From a virus (Duplodnaviria; Caudoviricetes), in the IMG/VR virus record IMGVR_UViG_3300020442_001429, positions 1 to 57,177 of that record: a stretch of DNA of 57,177 nt. One strand, 5' to 3'. The notes under the pieces are model-generated. The model ran no database searches. It saw only the letters and a program-made list of their open reading frames with translations, and was not told the DNA's origin. This document shows, piece by piece, positions 17,694-28,663 of this stretch. Numbering within the stretch: position 1 is the stretch's first letter; each line of letters begins with the position of its first letter. Made by a program: the position numbers and the translations under genes.

Positions 17694-18168
17694 CCCTTTT
17701 GACTCTTTAGATAAGACATTTAATACTAAAGAAGTTACAAAGGCACTAGAAAAAAATTTAAAAGAACTAAAGGATAAGGAAAATCTTCCTGATGTAGCTA
17801 TGTCTGACGATGATAAAGCAAAATTAAGAGTAAAACAAAGAGATCAGGACTATGAATATGCCAGATCAATATTAAAACAAGCAGAGCAATACAATGCTGA
17901 GGCAATAGAAGGTATATTACATATAGCAAGAAACTCTGACCAACCACGTGCGTATGAGGTTGCTATTACGGCAATTAAAAATTTACAAGACAATGCAAAG
18001 GATATGATTGCAGTACAAGAGGCACAGAAAAGAATAGAAAATGAGGACAGTAAAGGTAAACCCATACAAACACAAAACAATTTATTCGTAGGAAGCACAA
18101 AAGATTTATTGAAGGCAATTAAAAAAGAACAAGAACCAATTGATATAACACCTAATGACACAGACTGA
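17677..18168 (+). CDS. gp16: terminase small subunit gp16
   Basis: DYEYAR, PRAYEV, NNLFVGST.DL; precedes gp17. Confidence 0.9.
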   Translation: MPNSNNPFDSLDKTFNTKEVTKALEKNLKELKDKENLPDVAMSDDDKAKLRVKQRDQDYEYARSILKQAEQYNAEAIEGILHIARNSDQPRAYEVAITAIKNLQDNAKDMIAVQEAQKRIENEDSKGKPIQTQNNLFVGSTKDLLKAIKKEQEPIDITPNDTD

Positions 18169-19813
18169 GCAAACATCATATCACGGTAATCCCAATCTAA
18201 AACCATTAGCATATCAACATGATTTCTCTGAGGAAGAAATTAAAGAGTATGTAAAATGTAAGGAAGATCCTGTATATTTTATAGAAAACTATGTAAAAAT
18301 TATTACACTTGATAAAGGATTACAACCATTTAAATTATATGACTGCCAAAAACAAAAGGTAGAATGTATAATGAACAACAGACGTGTGGTGTTAATGGAA
18401 GGTAGACAGCAAGGTAAAACAGTTACATCAGCAGCGTGTATATTACATTATACAATCTTTGAGGAAGACAAAACAGTAGCTATTATGGCAAACAAATCCT
18501 CAGCAGCAAGGGAAGTATTAAACAGATATCAAATAATGTATGAGAACTTACCTATATGGATGCAACAGGGTGTTAAAGTATGGAACAAAGGTGACGTAGA
18601 ACTAGAAAACAATAGTAAAGTTCTCACAGCAGCAACAACAGCAGCAGCCATCAGGGGTAAATCTGTAAACTGGCTCTATATTGATGAGGCAGCAATCATA
18701 CCTAACAACATAGCAGACGAGTTCTTTACATCTGTTTATCCTACTATTTCTGCTGGTGAAACAACAAAGATACTTCTAACATCAACTCCGTTAGGTTATA
18801 ATCACTTTTGGAAGTTCTGGAATGAGGCAGAAAAAGGAGAGAACGGTTTTGAAAGTATGTTTATTCCTTACTATGAGATACCAGGAAGAGATGAAAAGTG
18901 GTTAGAAGAACAGAAACAATTACTAGGAGATGTAAAATTTAACCAGGAGGTTATGTGTGAATTCCTAGGATCTACCAATACATTAATTAATGCACAAACA
19001 ATTGGTAGGTTAAGCACACTAGATCCTGAATATCAAAATAATCATTTGGATATATATGAGAGTCCACAAGAAAATCATTACTATGCAATAACAGTGGACA
19101 CAGCAAGAGGTATAGGTGGAGATTACTCTGCCTTTATAGTAGTTGATATCACAGAAATGCCATACAAAGTAGTGGCAAAGTATAGAGACAATAATATAGC
19201 CCCTATGTTGTTTCCAGATGTTATAGGAAAAGTAGCAAGGGACTTCAATGACGCCTTTGTATTAGTAGAGGTAAATGATATTGGACAACAGGTAGTAGAA
19301 ATACTACATCAGGAACTAGAATACGAAAATATTTTAAGTACGGTAACCGAAAAACAAAGACAATTTATTAGCCCAGGTTTCGGTAAAAGTACAAAATTAG
19401 GAGTAAATACATCTAAAGCAGTAAAAAGGCAAGGGTGTTTTACATTTAAGTCCTTATTAGAGGAACAAAAACTGTTGGTATTTGATGAACATATAATACA
19501 TGAAATATCAACTTTTATAGAAAAAGGCAACACTTATCAAGCAGATGAAGGCTATCATGATGACTTGGTTATGTGTATGGTGTTGTTTGGGTGGTTATCT
19601 TCACAGGCATTCTTTAAAGATATGACTGATATTAACACTAGAGAAGGTTTGTATAAACAACAAAGTGCTGATATAGAACATAATTTAACACCATTTATTC
19701 GTAATGATGGACAGGAACCGGAAGCAGAAGTAATTGGAGGAGATCTTTGGTTATTAGACGATGATTATAAGAAAAACCTGCAACAAAAGCTCCGGGACAT
19801 GGTAAAAAATTAA
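18155..19813 (+). CDS. gp17: terminase large subunit gp17
   Basis: YHGNPNLK, Walker A RQQGKT, Walker B LYIDEAA, STP.G.NHF, HDDLVM. Confidence 0.97.
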   Translation: MTQTEQTSYHGNPNLKPLAYQHDFSEEEIKEYVKCKEDPVYFIENYVKIITLDKGLQPFKLYDCQKQKVECIMNNRRVVLMEGRQQGKTVTSAACILHYTIFEEDKTVAIMANKSSAAREVLNRYQIMYENLPIWMQQGVKVWNKGDVELENNSKVLTAATTAAAIRGKSVNWLYIDEAAIIPNNIADEFFTSVYPTISAGETTKILLTSTPLGYNHFWKFWNEAEKGENGFESMFIPYYEIPGRDEKWLEEQKQLLGDVKFNQEVMCEFLGSTNTLINAQTIGRLSTLDPEYQNNHLDIYESPQENHYYAITVDTARGIGGDYSAFIVVDITEMPYKVVAKYRDNNIAPMLFPDVIGKVARDFNDAFVLVEVNDIGQQVVEILHQELEYENILSTVTEKQRQFISPGFGKSTKLGVNTSKAVKRQGCFTFKSLLEEQKLLVFDEHIIHEISTFIEKGNTYQADEGYHDDLVMCMVLFGWLSSQAFFKDMTDINTREGLYKQQSADIEHNLTPFIRNDGQEPEAEVIGGDLWLLDDDYKKNLQQKLRDMVKN

Positions 19814-19817
19814 GACT

Positions 19818-19825
19818 TATAAATA
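19818..19825 (+). promoter_or_regulatory. late promoter upstream of gp18
   Basis: TATAAATA. Confidence 0.75.
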
Positions 19826-19884
19826 ATACGATGATAAAACTTGTGTCATTCATAAGATAATATTTAAAAACCGAGGAGAAAAAC

Positions 19885-21798
19885 ATGGCATTTCAGCTAT
19901 CACCAGGTGTACTCGTTAAAGAGGTAGATTTAACCAGTGTGGTACCAGCAGTAGCATCAACAATTGGTGCGTTTGTTGGTAACTTTCAGTGGGGACCTGT
20001 AGACGAGATCACAACAGTAAGTTCTGAGAATAATCTTGTTGAAAGATTTTTTAAACCGGACAATGACACCTTTGTGGATTTCTTTACAGCAGCTAGTTTC
20101 CTAGCTTACGGTAATAATCTTAAGTTAGTCAGAGCAGCAGGCGACGCAGCACGAAACGCGGTCGCATCAGGAACTGCTATAGTAGTAGATAATGAAGATG
20201 ACTACGACCTAAACCATTCAACTGGTTCAGGTTCCAATGGTATGTGGGTAGCTAGATACCCTGGAGCTTTAGGAAACTCTCTTAAAGTTTCATTTGCAGA
20301 TTCTAGTACGTTTGACAGCAACTCTGTTGCTTCAACAACTATTACTGCAGGAGGTTCTGGTTACACATCAGCAACTGTTACATTTAGTGCAGCACCAGCA
20401 GGCGGTATTACTGCTACTGGTACAGCAACAGTATCAGGTGGTGCAGTTACAGCTATCACTATTACTAATCCAGGTAATGGTTATACATCAGCACCAACAG
20501 TTACTATTGGAGGAGATGGTTCTTCAGCAACAGCTACAGCAACGCTCGCATCAGATTGGACATACAAAACACAATTTGATAGAGCTCCACTTTCATCAAG
20601 CACAGTATTAGCAAAAGGTGGTTCAAACGACCAATTGCACATTATTGTTATAGACGAAGATGGTTTATTCTCTGGACAACAGGGAACAGTTCTTGAGAAA
20701 TTTGAAAACGTTTCAAAGGCTTCTGACGCCAAAGGTTTAGAAGGCGGTTCAATTTATTATAAAGACGTGATTAATTCTCAATCAAAATATATTTGGTGGA
20801 GTGATCATCCAGCATCTGAAAAATCAACAGGTGGTTGGGGTTCTGTTTCCACTACAACATTTACATCAAACTATACATCATCAGAAGCAACTGTATCACT
20901 AACAGGTGGTGTTTCAGAAGCACCTACTTCAGGTAATATCCAAACAGGATATTCCTTGTTTGCAGATTCAGAAAGTGTTGATATTAGTTTGGTTTTAACT
21001 GGCGGACATAGTTCTACAGATGTTGATTATGTTATCGATAATATTTCCCAAGTCAGAAAGGACTGTATTACATTCCTTTCACCTCAAAGAGCTAGCGTAG
21101 TAAACAACGCAGGTTCAGAGGTAACTTCAATGATTGCTGATAAAGCAGCATTAGCAGGTACTTCGTTTGCGGTAATGGACGGTAACTGGAAATATCAATA
21201 CGATAGATATAACGACGTTTATAGATGGGTTCCACTTAATGGAGACGTTGCAGGTCTTTGTGTAGCAACAGACTTAAGCACTGATCCGTGGTTCTCACCT
21301 GCTGGTTATAACAGAGGACAAGTAAGAAACGCAGTAAAACTTGCATTTAATCCTACTAAAACAAACAGGGACGATATGTATAAAAACGGTATCAACCCTA
21401 TTGTTAATACACCAGGTACAGGAATTATTCTGTTTGGTGATAAAACAATGTTGGCAGCACCTAGTGCATTCAACAGAATTAATGTTAGAAGATTGTTTAT
21501 CATTCTTGAGAAAGCAATTAGTACAGCAGCTAAATTCCAATTGTTTGAATTTAACGATGCGTTTACTAGGTCGCAATTTACTAGCTTGCTTACACCGTTC
21601 TTGAGAGACGTTCAAGGACGTAGAGGTATATATGACTTTAAAGTTATTTGTAACTCTAGCAACAATACACCCGAAGTTATTGACAGAAACGAATTTGTAG
21701 CAGATATTTTTATTAAACCTGCTAGAGCAATTAACTTCATACAACTTAACTTTATCGCTACTCGAACAGGCGTAAGCTTCGAAGAGATTGGTGGGTAA
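19885..21798 (+). CDS. gp18: tail sheath protein gp18
   Basis: [37 protein letters not shown]. Confidence 0.97.
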   Translation: MAFQLSPGVLVKEVDLTSVVPAVASTIGAFVGNFQWGPVDEITTVSSENNLVERFFKPDNDTFVDFFTAASFLAYGNNLKLVRAAGDAARNAVASGTAIVVDNEDDYDLNHSTGSGSNGMWVARYPGALGNSLKVSFADSSTFDSNSVASTTITAGGSGYTSATVTFSAAPAGGITATGTATVSGGAVTAITITNPGNGYTSAPTVTIGGDGSSATATATLASDWTYKTQFDRAPLSSSTVLAKGGSNDQLHIIVIDEDGLFSGQQGTVLEKFENVSKASDAKGLEGGSIYYKDVINSQSKYIWWSDHPASEKSTGGWGSVSTTTFTSNYTSSEATVSLTGGVSEAPTSGNIQTGYSLFADSESVDISLVLTGGHSSTDVDYVIDNISQVRKDCITFLSPQRASVVNNAGSEVTSMIADKAALAGTSFAVMDGNWKYQYDRYNDVYRWVPLNGDVAGLCVATDLSTDPWFSPAGYNRGQVRNAVKLAFNPTKTNRDDMYKNGINPIVNTPGTGIILFGDKTMLAAPSAFNRINVRRLFIILEKAISTAAKFQLFEFNDAFTRSQFTSLLTPFLRDVQGRRGIYDFKVICNSSNNTPEVIDRNEFVADIFIKPARAINFIQLNFIATRTGVSFEEIGG

Positions 21799-21806
21799 TA
21801 TAAATA
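21799..21806 (+). promoter_or_regulatory. late promoter upstream of gp19
   Basis: TATAAATA. Confidence 0.75.
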
Positions 21807-21824
21807 GGTAAAGAGGAGAAATAA

Positions 21825-22355
21825 ATGAATATCGAAGAGTTTAGAAGTAGATTAGGGGCAGGCGGAGCTCGTCCCAATCAGTTCAGAGTCACTCTTAATT
21901 TCCCGACTATTGCTGAAAGCGACAATACCTATAGTATTTTAGTTTCAGGTGCAGCTATCCCAGCTTCAACTGTTAACCCAGCAATTATTCAATACAGAGG
22001 TAGGGAAATTAAGTTAGCTGGCGAGCGTATATTTGATCCGTGGACAGTAACAATTATTAACGATACTAATCAATCGTTAAGAAGACCTTTCGAACAATGG
22101 TTAGATTCTATGAACCAGAAAGATGACAATAGAGGTAATTTAAACCCTGTTGACTACTTCCAGGACATTGAAATCGAACACCTAGATAGGAACGACGCAG
22201 TATTACCAGGTGGTAAATACATTTTATACGATGCGTTCCCAATTAATATGTCAGAAATTGCATTACAATATGCACAGAACGACATTATCGAAGAGTTTAC
22301 AGTTACATTCCAGTATCAGAGATACGAGAACGTTGGCGTAGACGTATCCGTTTAA
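21825..22355 (+). CDS. gp19: tail tube protein gp19
   Basis: GGARPNQF, YRGR.IKLAGER.F..WTVT, IEEFTVTF. Confidence 0.95.
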   Translation: MNIEEFRSRLGAGGARPNQFRVTLNFPTIAESDNTYSILVSGAAIPASTVNPAIIQYRGREIKLAGERIFDPWTVTIINDTNQSLRRPFEQWLDSMNQKDDNRGNLNPVDYFQDIEIEHLDRNDAVLPGGKYILYDAFPINMSEIALQYAQNDIIEEFTVTFQYQRYENVGVDVSV

Positions 22356-22390
22356 CGGATATGATCTTACAATTAAGGTAAGAATAAATT

Positions 22391-23986
22391 ATGGATATAT
22401 TTGGATTTGAAATAAAGAGAAAGGAACAGGCTACGAACGAGAAATCGTTTGTAGCACCTTCCGAGGACGGCGCTGTTGAAAGTATTAGAGCCGGCGGTTA
22501 TTATGGTACCTATTTAGATTTAGATGGCATTAGTCAAACTGAATCTGAACTAATTAAAAGGTATCGTGATATAGCTATGATGGCAGATGTTGATACAGCG
22601 ATCGAAGACATTATTAATGAGGGAATAGCTCAATTGGAAAACGAAAGTCCAGTTGAAATTAACTTAGATAAAGTTGAATTGTCCGCTTCTATTAGAAAAA
22701 GTATATCCAGAGAGTTCGAGGAAATAAAAGCTCTCATGTCCATCCAAGATATGGCACAAGACTATTTCAAGAGATGGTACGTAGACGGCAAAATATATTT
22801 CCATAAGGTTATCGATATAGATAACCCTAAAGATGGGATTAAAGATATAAGATATATTGATCCCAGAAAAATTAGACGTGTTCGAGAAGTTAAGAAGGAA
22901 AAGAATGCGTCAGGTGTGCAGTTCGTTAAAGATGTAGAAGAATACTTCATCTATAACGATAAAGGTGTTACTACAAAACCCGGTGCATATGTAGCTCCTG
23001 AAAATCAACAGGGCTTAAAAATTGTAAAGGATGCAATTGCATATGCGCCAAGCGGTTTGGTAGATCATGATAAGAAAATTGCACTTTCTTATCTACACAA
23101 AGCCATTAGGCCTGCAAACCAACTTCGTATGATGGAGAACGCAGTAGTCATTTATAGGATTACAAGGGCTCCTGAAAGACGTATTTTTTATGTGGATGTT
23201 GGTAACTTGCCAAAGATGAAGGCAGAACAATATCTAAAAGACATTATGGACAGGTATAGAAATAAACTTGTTTATGATGCTAACACAGGAGAGATACGTG
23301 ATGATAAAAAGTTTATGTCTATGTTGGAAGACTTCTGGTTACCTAGAAGGGAAGGCGGGACAGGAACTAACATTGATACATTGCCAGCAGGACAAAACCT
23401 AGGGCAGATTGAAGATGTACAATATTTTCAACAAAAATTGTATCAAGCGTTAAACATTCCGATGTCACGTTTAGAACAACAGGCAGGACTTAACTTTGGT
23501 AGGGCAGCTGAGATAAACAGAGACGAGATGAAGTTCACAAAGTTTATCGATAAACTAAGAAGAAAATTCTCAGTTCTGTTTATGGATTTACTCAAATCTC
23601 AGCTTTTACTAAAGAATGTTATTACTATGGAAGATTGGGATAACATTAAAGATGATATCTTTTTTGAGTTTGCTACTGATGCATACTACACAGAATCTAA
23701 AGAACAAGAGATTCTAAGAAGTAGAGTAGAAGTATTAAACGGATTATCCGCATATATAGGAACATTTTTTAGTAAGCGCTGGATACAGAAAAATGTATTG
23801 AGCCTTACTGATGAAGAAATTGAGGCAATAGAAACAGACTTGTTAAAAGAACCTCAGTTACAAAGACAGTATCAATGGAGTCCTCTTACTGCTGTTGAAC
23901 AACAACAAGATGGCGGTGGAGGGGATATAAATAATGGTATGCCTGGTGAAGGAAACCCGGTACCAGGACCTGAAGAAGGAGCATAA
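22391..23986 (+). CDS. gp20: portal vertex protein gp20
   Basis: WYVDG, IYRITRAPERRIFYVDVGN, EDFWLPRREG. Confidence 0.97.
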   Translation: MDIFGFEIKRKEQATNEKSFVAPSEDGAVESIRAGGYYGTYLDLDGISQTESELIKRYRDIAMMADVDTAIEDIINEGIAQLENESPVEINLDKVELSASIRKSISREFEEIKALMSIQDMAQDYFKRWYVDGKIYFHKVIDIDNPKDGIKDIRYIDPRKIRRVREVKKEKNASGVQFVKDVEEYFIYNDKGVTTKPGAYVAPENQQGLKIVKDAIAYAPSGLVDHDKKIALSYLHKAIRPANQLRMMENAVVIYRITRAPERRIFYVDVGNLPKMKAEQYLKDIMDRYRNKLVYDANTGEIRDDKKFMSMLEDFWLPRREGGTGTNIDTLPAGQNLGQIEDVQYFQQKLYQALNIPMSRLEQQAGLNFGRAAEINRDEMKFTKFIDKLRRKFSVLFMDLLKSQLLLKNVITMEDWDNIKDDIFFEFATDAYYTESKEQEILRSRVEVLNGLSAYIGTFFSKRWIQKNVLSLTDEEIEAIETDLLKEPQLQRQYQWSPLTAVEQQQDGGGGDINNGMPGEGNPVPGPEEGA

Positions 23987-23987
23987 T

Positions 23988-24311
23988 ATGGCAGAAGAAC
24001 AAAACGACGTAACAGTAAATGATCTAGTAGATAATATTATCGCTGGACAAAATGCTGATGCACAAGATCAGTTCAACGCTCTAATGCAACAACGCACTGG
24101 CGAGGCATTAGATAATTTGAAACAACAGCAGGCAGCTTCTACATTTGGTAATCAAATTGCTGGCAAAGAAGGTGCTGATATAGGTGAATTTGAGAAAATG
24201 GGACTTGTCCCTGATCAAGAGCCTGTAGGTGACAGTCTCGAGGACGCAGTCGTCGACGTTGACACAGAAACCGGAGTGCCAGTAGACAAACAAGATAACG
24301 AGGAAAACTAA
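23988..24311 (+). CDS. prohead core protein (gp67-like), acidic
   Basis: Position after gp20, acidic, AGGAG RBS, late promoter TATAAATA at 23926-23933; track start 23934. Confidence 0.55.
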   Translation: MAEEQNDVTVNDLVDNIIAGQNADAQDQFNALMQQRTGEALDNLKQQQAASTFGNQIAGKEGADIGEFEKMGLVPDQEPVGDSLEDAVVDVDTETGVPVDKQDNEEN

Positions 24312-24616
24312 TGAAAACTTTCAAGCAATTTAGAGAAGGTGTTGAAAACGTAACTGAAGCTCCTGTAGATGGAGTTGCAAAAGGATCACTTCCAAAAGAT
24401 GATCATATGTGTGCAACTAAAATTTTCCACAAGGAGTGGAACGAAGGAACACCTATTTTTGGAGAACACGCTGACCCTGATGAACAAGGTAACGTGTCTT
24501 GGTATAAAGTAATGTTCGAACATGGTATCGAACAAGTTGAAGTGGATGACCCTAATGTTGAGGTACTTGAAGAAGGATCTCACGGATCACATAAAAAAGC
24601 TAAAAAATCATACTAA
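24311..24616 (+). CDS. hypothetical head-region protein
   Basis: Starts MKTFKQF, typical of T4-like capsid-internal proteins; lies between gp20 and gp21. Confidence 0.65.
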   Translation: MKTFKQFREGVENVTEAPVDGVAKGSLPKDDHMCATKIFHKEWNEGTPIFGEHADPDEQGNVSWYKVMFEHGIEQVEVDDPNVEVLEEGSHGSHKKAKKSY

Positions 24617-24635
24617 TTTTTAAAGGAAAACCAAA

Positions 24636-25061
24636 ATGGCAGTAACAGTAAACAATCTCAAATTAACACAAGTCCAAGGTGTTGTGAGTGTTAGGGGTAC
24701 TGCTGCTACAGGGACAATCGACTTAGATGTAACACTAAAGAAATCTACCGAGACAGCTAGCAGCCCAACAGTAAATATTAAAGGATTACATTGGACACTA
24801 TCAAGCGGCGCTAGTGCTAAGGTGCAACGTAACTCCGTTGTACTTTACGAATTAGCAGAAAGTGGTAGCTTAGATATGTATGGATTTAACGACAATTCAG
24901 AGAACACATCAAACATCGAGGTAGTAATCGCCGGCGGTGACGGTGGTACTGTTATTTTAGATTTAGCTAAAGTAGCAGGATTTGGTTCTCAACAACACCA
25001 GGATGCACCATTAGATACTAATGATGCAGGTAACGTATATAACGGAGGTAGCTTAGGATAA
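24636..25061 (+). CDS. hypothetical beta-rich structural protein
   Basis: 141-aa ORF in the head operon, coupled to gp21. Confidence 0.65.
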   Translation: MAVTVNNLKLTQVQGVVSVRGTAATGTIDLDVTLKKSTETASSPTVNIKGLHWTLSSGASAKVQRNSVVLYELAESGSLDMYGFNDNSENTSNIEVVIAGGDGGTVILDLAKVAGFGSQQHQDAPLDTNDAGNVYNGGSLG

Positions 25062-25720
25062 TGAGACTAATTAAAGAATTTAATGAGGAAATACGATACC
25101 TCACAGAAGAGAGTAAGGACCCTAAGAAACCTAATGTATATATTGAAGGTGTATTTTTACAATCAGATTTAAAAAACAAGAACGGCAGGATATATCCTAA
25201 AGAAGTCATGCAGAGAGAAGTCAACAGATATGTTGAAGAAGCAGTCAAGACTAAAAGAGCGTACGGTGAATTAGGACACCCGGACGGTCCAACAGTTAAT
25301 TTAGACAGAGTTTCCCACATGATTACAAGTCTTAAAGAAGACGGCTCTAATTATATTGGTAGAGCTAAGATAATGGATACCCCAATGGGCCGTATTGTAA
25401 AGGAACTTATTAGCGAAGGTGCTCAACTAGGCGTTAGCTCTAGAGGATTAGGTTCGTTAAAAGAGAAGGGTGGCATAAATGAAGTACAAGATGACTTCAT
25501 GTTAGCAACTGCAGCAGATATTGTTGCGGATCCTTCGGCTCCGGATGCCTTTGTACAAGGAATTATGGAGGGTAAAGAATGGGTTTTTGTTAACGGAAGA
25601 TGGACTGAACAGGACATAGAAGAGGCACAGAGCGTTATTAAACGTGCTAGTAGCCAAGAGCTAGAAGAGGCAAAGATGTCTCAATTTAGCAAATTCCTGT
25701 CTAAACTGTCTGAAATTTAA
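25061..25720 (+). CDS. gp21: prohead protease gp21
   Basis: NKNGRIY, GELGHP, GVSSRGLGS, DIVADPSAPDA. Confidence 0.96.
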   Translation: MRLIKEFNEEIRYLTEESKDPKKPNVYIEGVFLQSDLKNKNGRIYPKEVMQREVNRYVEEAVKTKRAYGELGHPDGPTVNLDRVSHMITSLKEDGSNYIGRAKIMDTPMGRIVKELISEGAQLGVSSRGLGSLKEKGGINEVQDDFMLATAADIVADPSAPDAFVQGIMEGKEWVFVNGRWTEQDIEEAQSVIKRASSQELEEAKMSQFSKFLSKLSEI

Positions 25721-25730
25721 CAGAAAACTG

Positions 25731-25744
25731 TATAAATATAAATA
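25731..25744 (+). promoter_or_regulatory. tandem late promoters upstream of gp22
   Basis: TATAAATATAAATA contains two overlapping TATAAATA. Confidence 0.7.
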
Positions 25745-25796
25745 ATATTGATGTTTTATTATTTAAAATAATCCTAATAAACAAAAGGAGAGAAAA

Positions 25797-27107
25797 ATGG
25801 GAGTAGAATCCAAAATCAGAGAACTTCTAGAAGGCAAACAAATTGCTGAAGAAGTTATAGATGAAGTTGCTGGTAATCAGCAGCCGACGTCTTCTGCGGA
25901 TGCACATCGTCCATTAGATAAAAAGCAAGGTGATGCTACCCCTCCCCTACAAGGCAGTTCAAATCCTAACCCAGAACAACAAGACCTAAGTGGTACTAAC
26001 AACCCTGAAGGTGGATTAACAAGCGAAGTAGGAAAGGCAGCATCAGCAAAAGCTGGCTCAGCCCCACGTCCACAAAACAGTGGTGCTGGACAGGCTCCTA
26101 ACTACACAGACGGTACAGACCCACGTAGCGTTGTTAACCAATCATCTTCTAAAGGTAATGTACACCAAGAAGAAGACGAAGTTGAGTTGGAAGACGAACA
26201 AGAAGTTTTAGATGAAGTCGAAGAGACTGAAGAAGAAGCTATCGTTGAAGACGAATACGTTGACGAAGGTCTTGAAGAGTTAGAAGAAGGAGAGGAGGAG
26301 TCCGAAGAAGTAGTAGCTGAAGAAACTGAGGAAGAAGTTGAAATGACTGAAGACGAAGTAGAAGCAGAAACACTATTCGAGGATGACATTGCTAATTTAT
26401 TTGAAGATGAAGAGCATCTTTCCGAAGAATTTAAAACAAAAGCAGCCTCACTTTTTGAGTCTGTTGTTGTTGCTAGAGTAAATCAACAAATTTCTCAAAT
26501 CGAGGATGAACTTGTTGAGGAAGCTAGCAAAGCTTTTGATGAAGCTAAAGAAAATCTCGTTGAAAATGTCGACAAGTATCTGTCATACGTGACTGAGCAG
26601 TGGATGAAGGAAAACGAGCTTGCTATTGAAAATGGTTTAAGAAATGAAATCACTGAGTCCTTTATTAAAGGGATGAAAGACGTTTTCGTTGAACATTATA
26701 TTGACGTTCCAGATGAGAAAGTTGATGTATTGGCTAACCAACAGCAAGAAATTGACGAACTAAAATCTAAGTTAGACGAAGAAATTGGTAAGTCAGTAGC
26801 GATCAGCGAAGAAAAAGAGCAACTACAAAAAGAGAAAGTATTCTCTTCCGTGGTTGGCGATCTAGCTGAGACAGAGGTTGAAAAGTTTGCTACTCTAGTC
26901 AATGATGTAACATTCGGAGACGAAGAGGAGTACGCTCAGAAACTAAACGTTATTAAGGAAAATTATTTTCCTAAAGCGAAAGCGGAAACTTCTGGCGATA
27001 AGCTAGATGATAGCGTTGACCAAGGAGCCTTAGTTGAAAATACTGTTATGGCTAGATATGCCGAAAGCATTTCTAAAGCAGCTAAATTCGACAAGGTTAA
27101 AAGTTAA
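25797..27107 (+). CDS. gp22: prohead core scaffold gp22
   Basis: LSEEFKTKAA..FE, VDKYLSYV.EQWM.EN.LAIE.GL, IKENYF; position before gp23. Confidence 0.92.
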   Translation: MGVESKIRELLEGKQIAEEVIDEVAGNQQPTSSADAHRPLDKKQGDATPPLQGSSNPNPEQQDLSGTNNPEGGLTSEVGKAASAKAGSAPRPQNSGAGQAPNYTDGTDPRSVVNQSSSKGNVHQEEDEVELEDEQEVLDEVEETEEEAIVEDEYVDEGLEELEEGEEESEEVVAEETEEEVEMTEDEVEAETLFEDDIANLFEDEEHLSEEFKTKAASLFESVVVARVNQQISQIEDELVEEASKAFDEAKENLVENVDKYLSYVTEQWMKENELAIENGLRNEITESFIKGMKDVFVEHYIDVPDEKVDVLANQQQEIDELKSKLDEEIGKSVAISEEKEQLQKEKVFSSVVGDLAETEVEKFATLVNDVTFGDEEEYAQKLNVIKENYFPKAKAETSGDKLDDSVDQGALVENTVMARYAESISKAAKFDKVKS

Positions 27108-27113
27108 TTTTTT

Positions 27114-27121
27114 TATAAATA
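27114..27121 (+). promoter_or_regulatory. late promoter upstream of gp23
   Basis: TATAAATA. Confidence 0.75.
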
Positions 27122-27166
27122 ATTAGGTTATTAAACATATAACAAACGTAAATAAAGGAGCAACTA

Positions 27167-28432
27167 ATGTATCTTTCAGAAGAACTACAGAAAAAGTGGC
27201 AACCAGTTCTAGAGCATCCTGAACTTGATGATATCAAGGATCCTTATAGAAAGGCTGTTACTACCGTGGTACTCGAAAACCAGGAAAAAGCTCTCCGTGA
27301 GGAGAAGGAAGCCCTGTTCGAAGCTACACACGCAAACCAAACTGGTTCTAACATTGATAACTATGATCCTATTTTAATTTCGTTAGTTAGACGTGCGTTG
27401 CCAAACTTAATGGCATATGACGTATGTGGTGTACAACCTATGTCTGGACCAACTGGTCTTATCTTCGCAATGAAGTCACACTTCACTTCACAAAGTGGAA
27501 CTGAGGCATTATTCAACGAAGCGGACACAGACTTTTCAGGCGCAGGTACACACGCTGGATCTAACCCAGTAGACGGTACTTATACAACAGGTACTGGCGT
27601 AAGCACATCTACTGCAGAAGGATTTGGTGATTCAACTACACTTAACGAAATGGCTTTCTCTATTGAGAAAACAACTGTTACTGCTAAATCAAGAGCATTG
27701 AAAGCAGAATACACAGTTGAACTTGCTCAAGACTTGAAAGCGGTTCATGGTTTAGATGCGGAATCAGAACTCAGCAACATTCTTTCTCAAGAAATTTTGG
27801 CTGAGATTAACCGTGAGGTTATTAGAACGATTTATAAAGTCGCAAAGACTGGATCTGCAAGCACAGCAACTGCTGGAACATTCGACCTAGACGTCGATAG
27901 TAACGGTAGATGGTCGGTAGAAAGATTCAAGGGTCTTCTCTTTAACATTGAGAGAGACGCTAACGTAATTGCACAAGACACAAGGCGTGGTAAAGGTAAC
28001 TTCATCATCTGTTCATCAGATGTTGCAAGTGCTTTAGCGATGGCTGGTGTTCTTGATTACGCCCCAGCATTATCAACTAACTTAAATGTTGATGACACAG
28101 GTAATACATTCGCTGGTGTGTTAAACGGCCGTTACAGAGTCTACATTGACCCTTATTCAGCAAACACAGGAGCTGCTAGCCAGTTCTACGTTGTTGGATA
28201 TAAAGGTACTAGCCCATATGACGCTGGTATTTTCTACTGTCCATACGTTCCACTACAAATGGTAAGGGCTATTGACCCAAGCACATTCCAACCTAAAATT
28301 GGTTTCAAAACTAGGTATGGCATGATTGCTAATCCATTCGTAATGCAAGCGGACGGTACAACTGATGCTGACACATTCACAGCAGACAGAAACCAATACT
28401 ACAGATCAGTTAAAGTTACAAACTTAATGTAA
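27167..28432 (+). CDS. gp23: major capsid protein gp23
   Basis: LVRRALPNL.AYDVCGVQPM.GPTGLIFAM, ELAQDLKAVHGLDAE, FQPKIGFKTRYG. Confidence 0.98.
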   Translation: MYLSEELQKKWQPVLEHPELDDIKDPYRKAVTTVVLENQEKALREEKEALFEATHANQTGSNIDNYDPILISLVRRALPNLMAYDVCGVQPMSGPTGLIFAMKSHFTSQSGTEALFNEADTDFSGAGTHAGSNPVDGTYTTGTGVSTSTAEGFGDSTTLNEMAFSIEKTTVTAKSRALKAEYTVELAQDLKAVHGLDAESELSNILSQEILAEINREVIRTIYKVAKTGSASTATAGTFDLDVDSNGRWSVERFKGLLFNIERDANVIAQDTRRGKGNFIICSSDVASALAMAGVLDYAPALSTNLNVDDTGNTFAGVLNGRYRVYIDPYSANTGAASQFYVVGYKGTSPYDAGIFYCPYVPLQMVRAIDPSTFQPKIGFKTRYGMIANPFVMQADGTTDADTFTADRNQYYRSVKVTNLM

Positions 28433-28451
28433 TTAGATCTTTTTTTATTGT

Positions 28452-28480
28452 AAAGGGGGCTAGATTTAGCCCCCTTTTTT
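28452..28480 (+). terminator. rho-independent terminator after gp23
   Basis: AAAGGGGGCTA-GATT-TAGCCCCC-TTTTTT. Confidence 0.9.
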
Positions 28481-28498
28481 GCCTAGGATATAATATAA

Positions 28499-28660
28499 AT
28501 GAAAAACTTATATATCATACCACTTGTACTTTTAGGAGTATTACTAGCAACAGGATGTGCGGGTAGAATTTATTTAGATGCTACTTTGCCTAATGATAAG
28601 GACGTTGACATCCGTATAACTACTAATACAGAACCTAAAGAGTACATTGTCGAAAAGTAA
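28499..28660 (+). CDS. small predicted lipoprotein, 53 aa (not in ORF track)
   Basis: MKNLYIIPLVLLGVLLATG-CAGRIY...EK*; signal peptide II with lipobox. Confidence 0.65.
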   Translation: MKNLYIIPLVLLGVLLATGCAGRIYLDATLPNDKDVDIRITTNTEPKEYIVEK

Positions 28661-28663
28661 CAG

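Noticed and set aside
12047-26902. Many antisense and alternate-frame ORFs in the track (e.g. 12047, 14382, 20294, 21295, 26102)
   Set aside because: Fully nested in well-supported structural genes, with low-complexity mirror composition.
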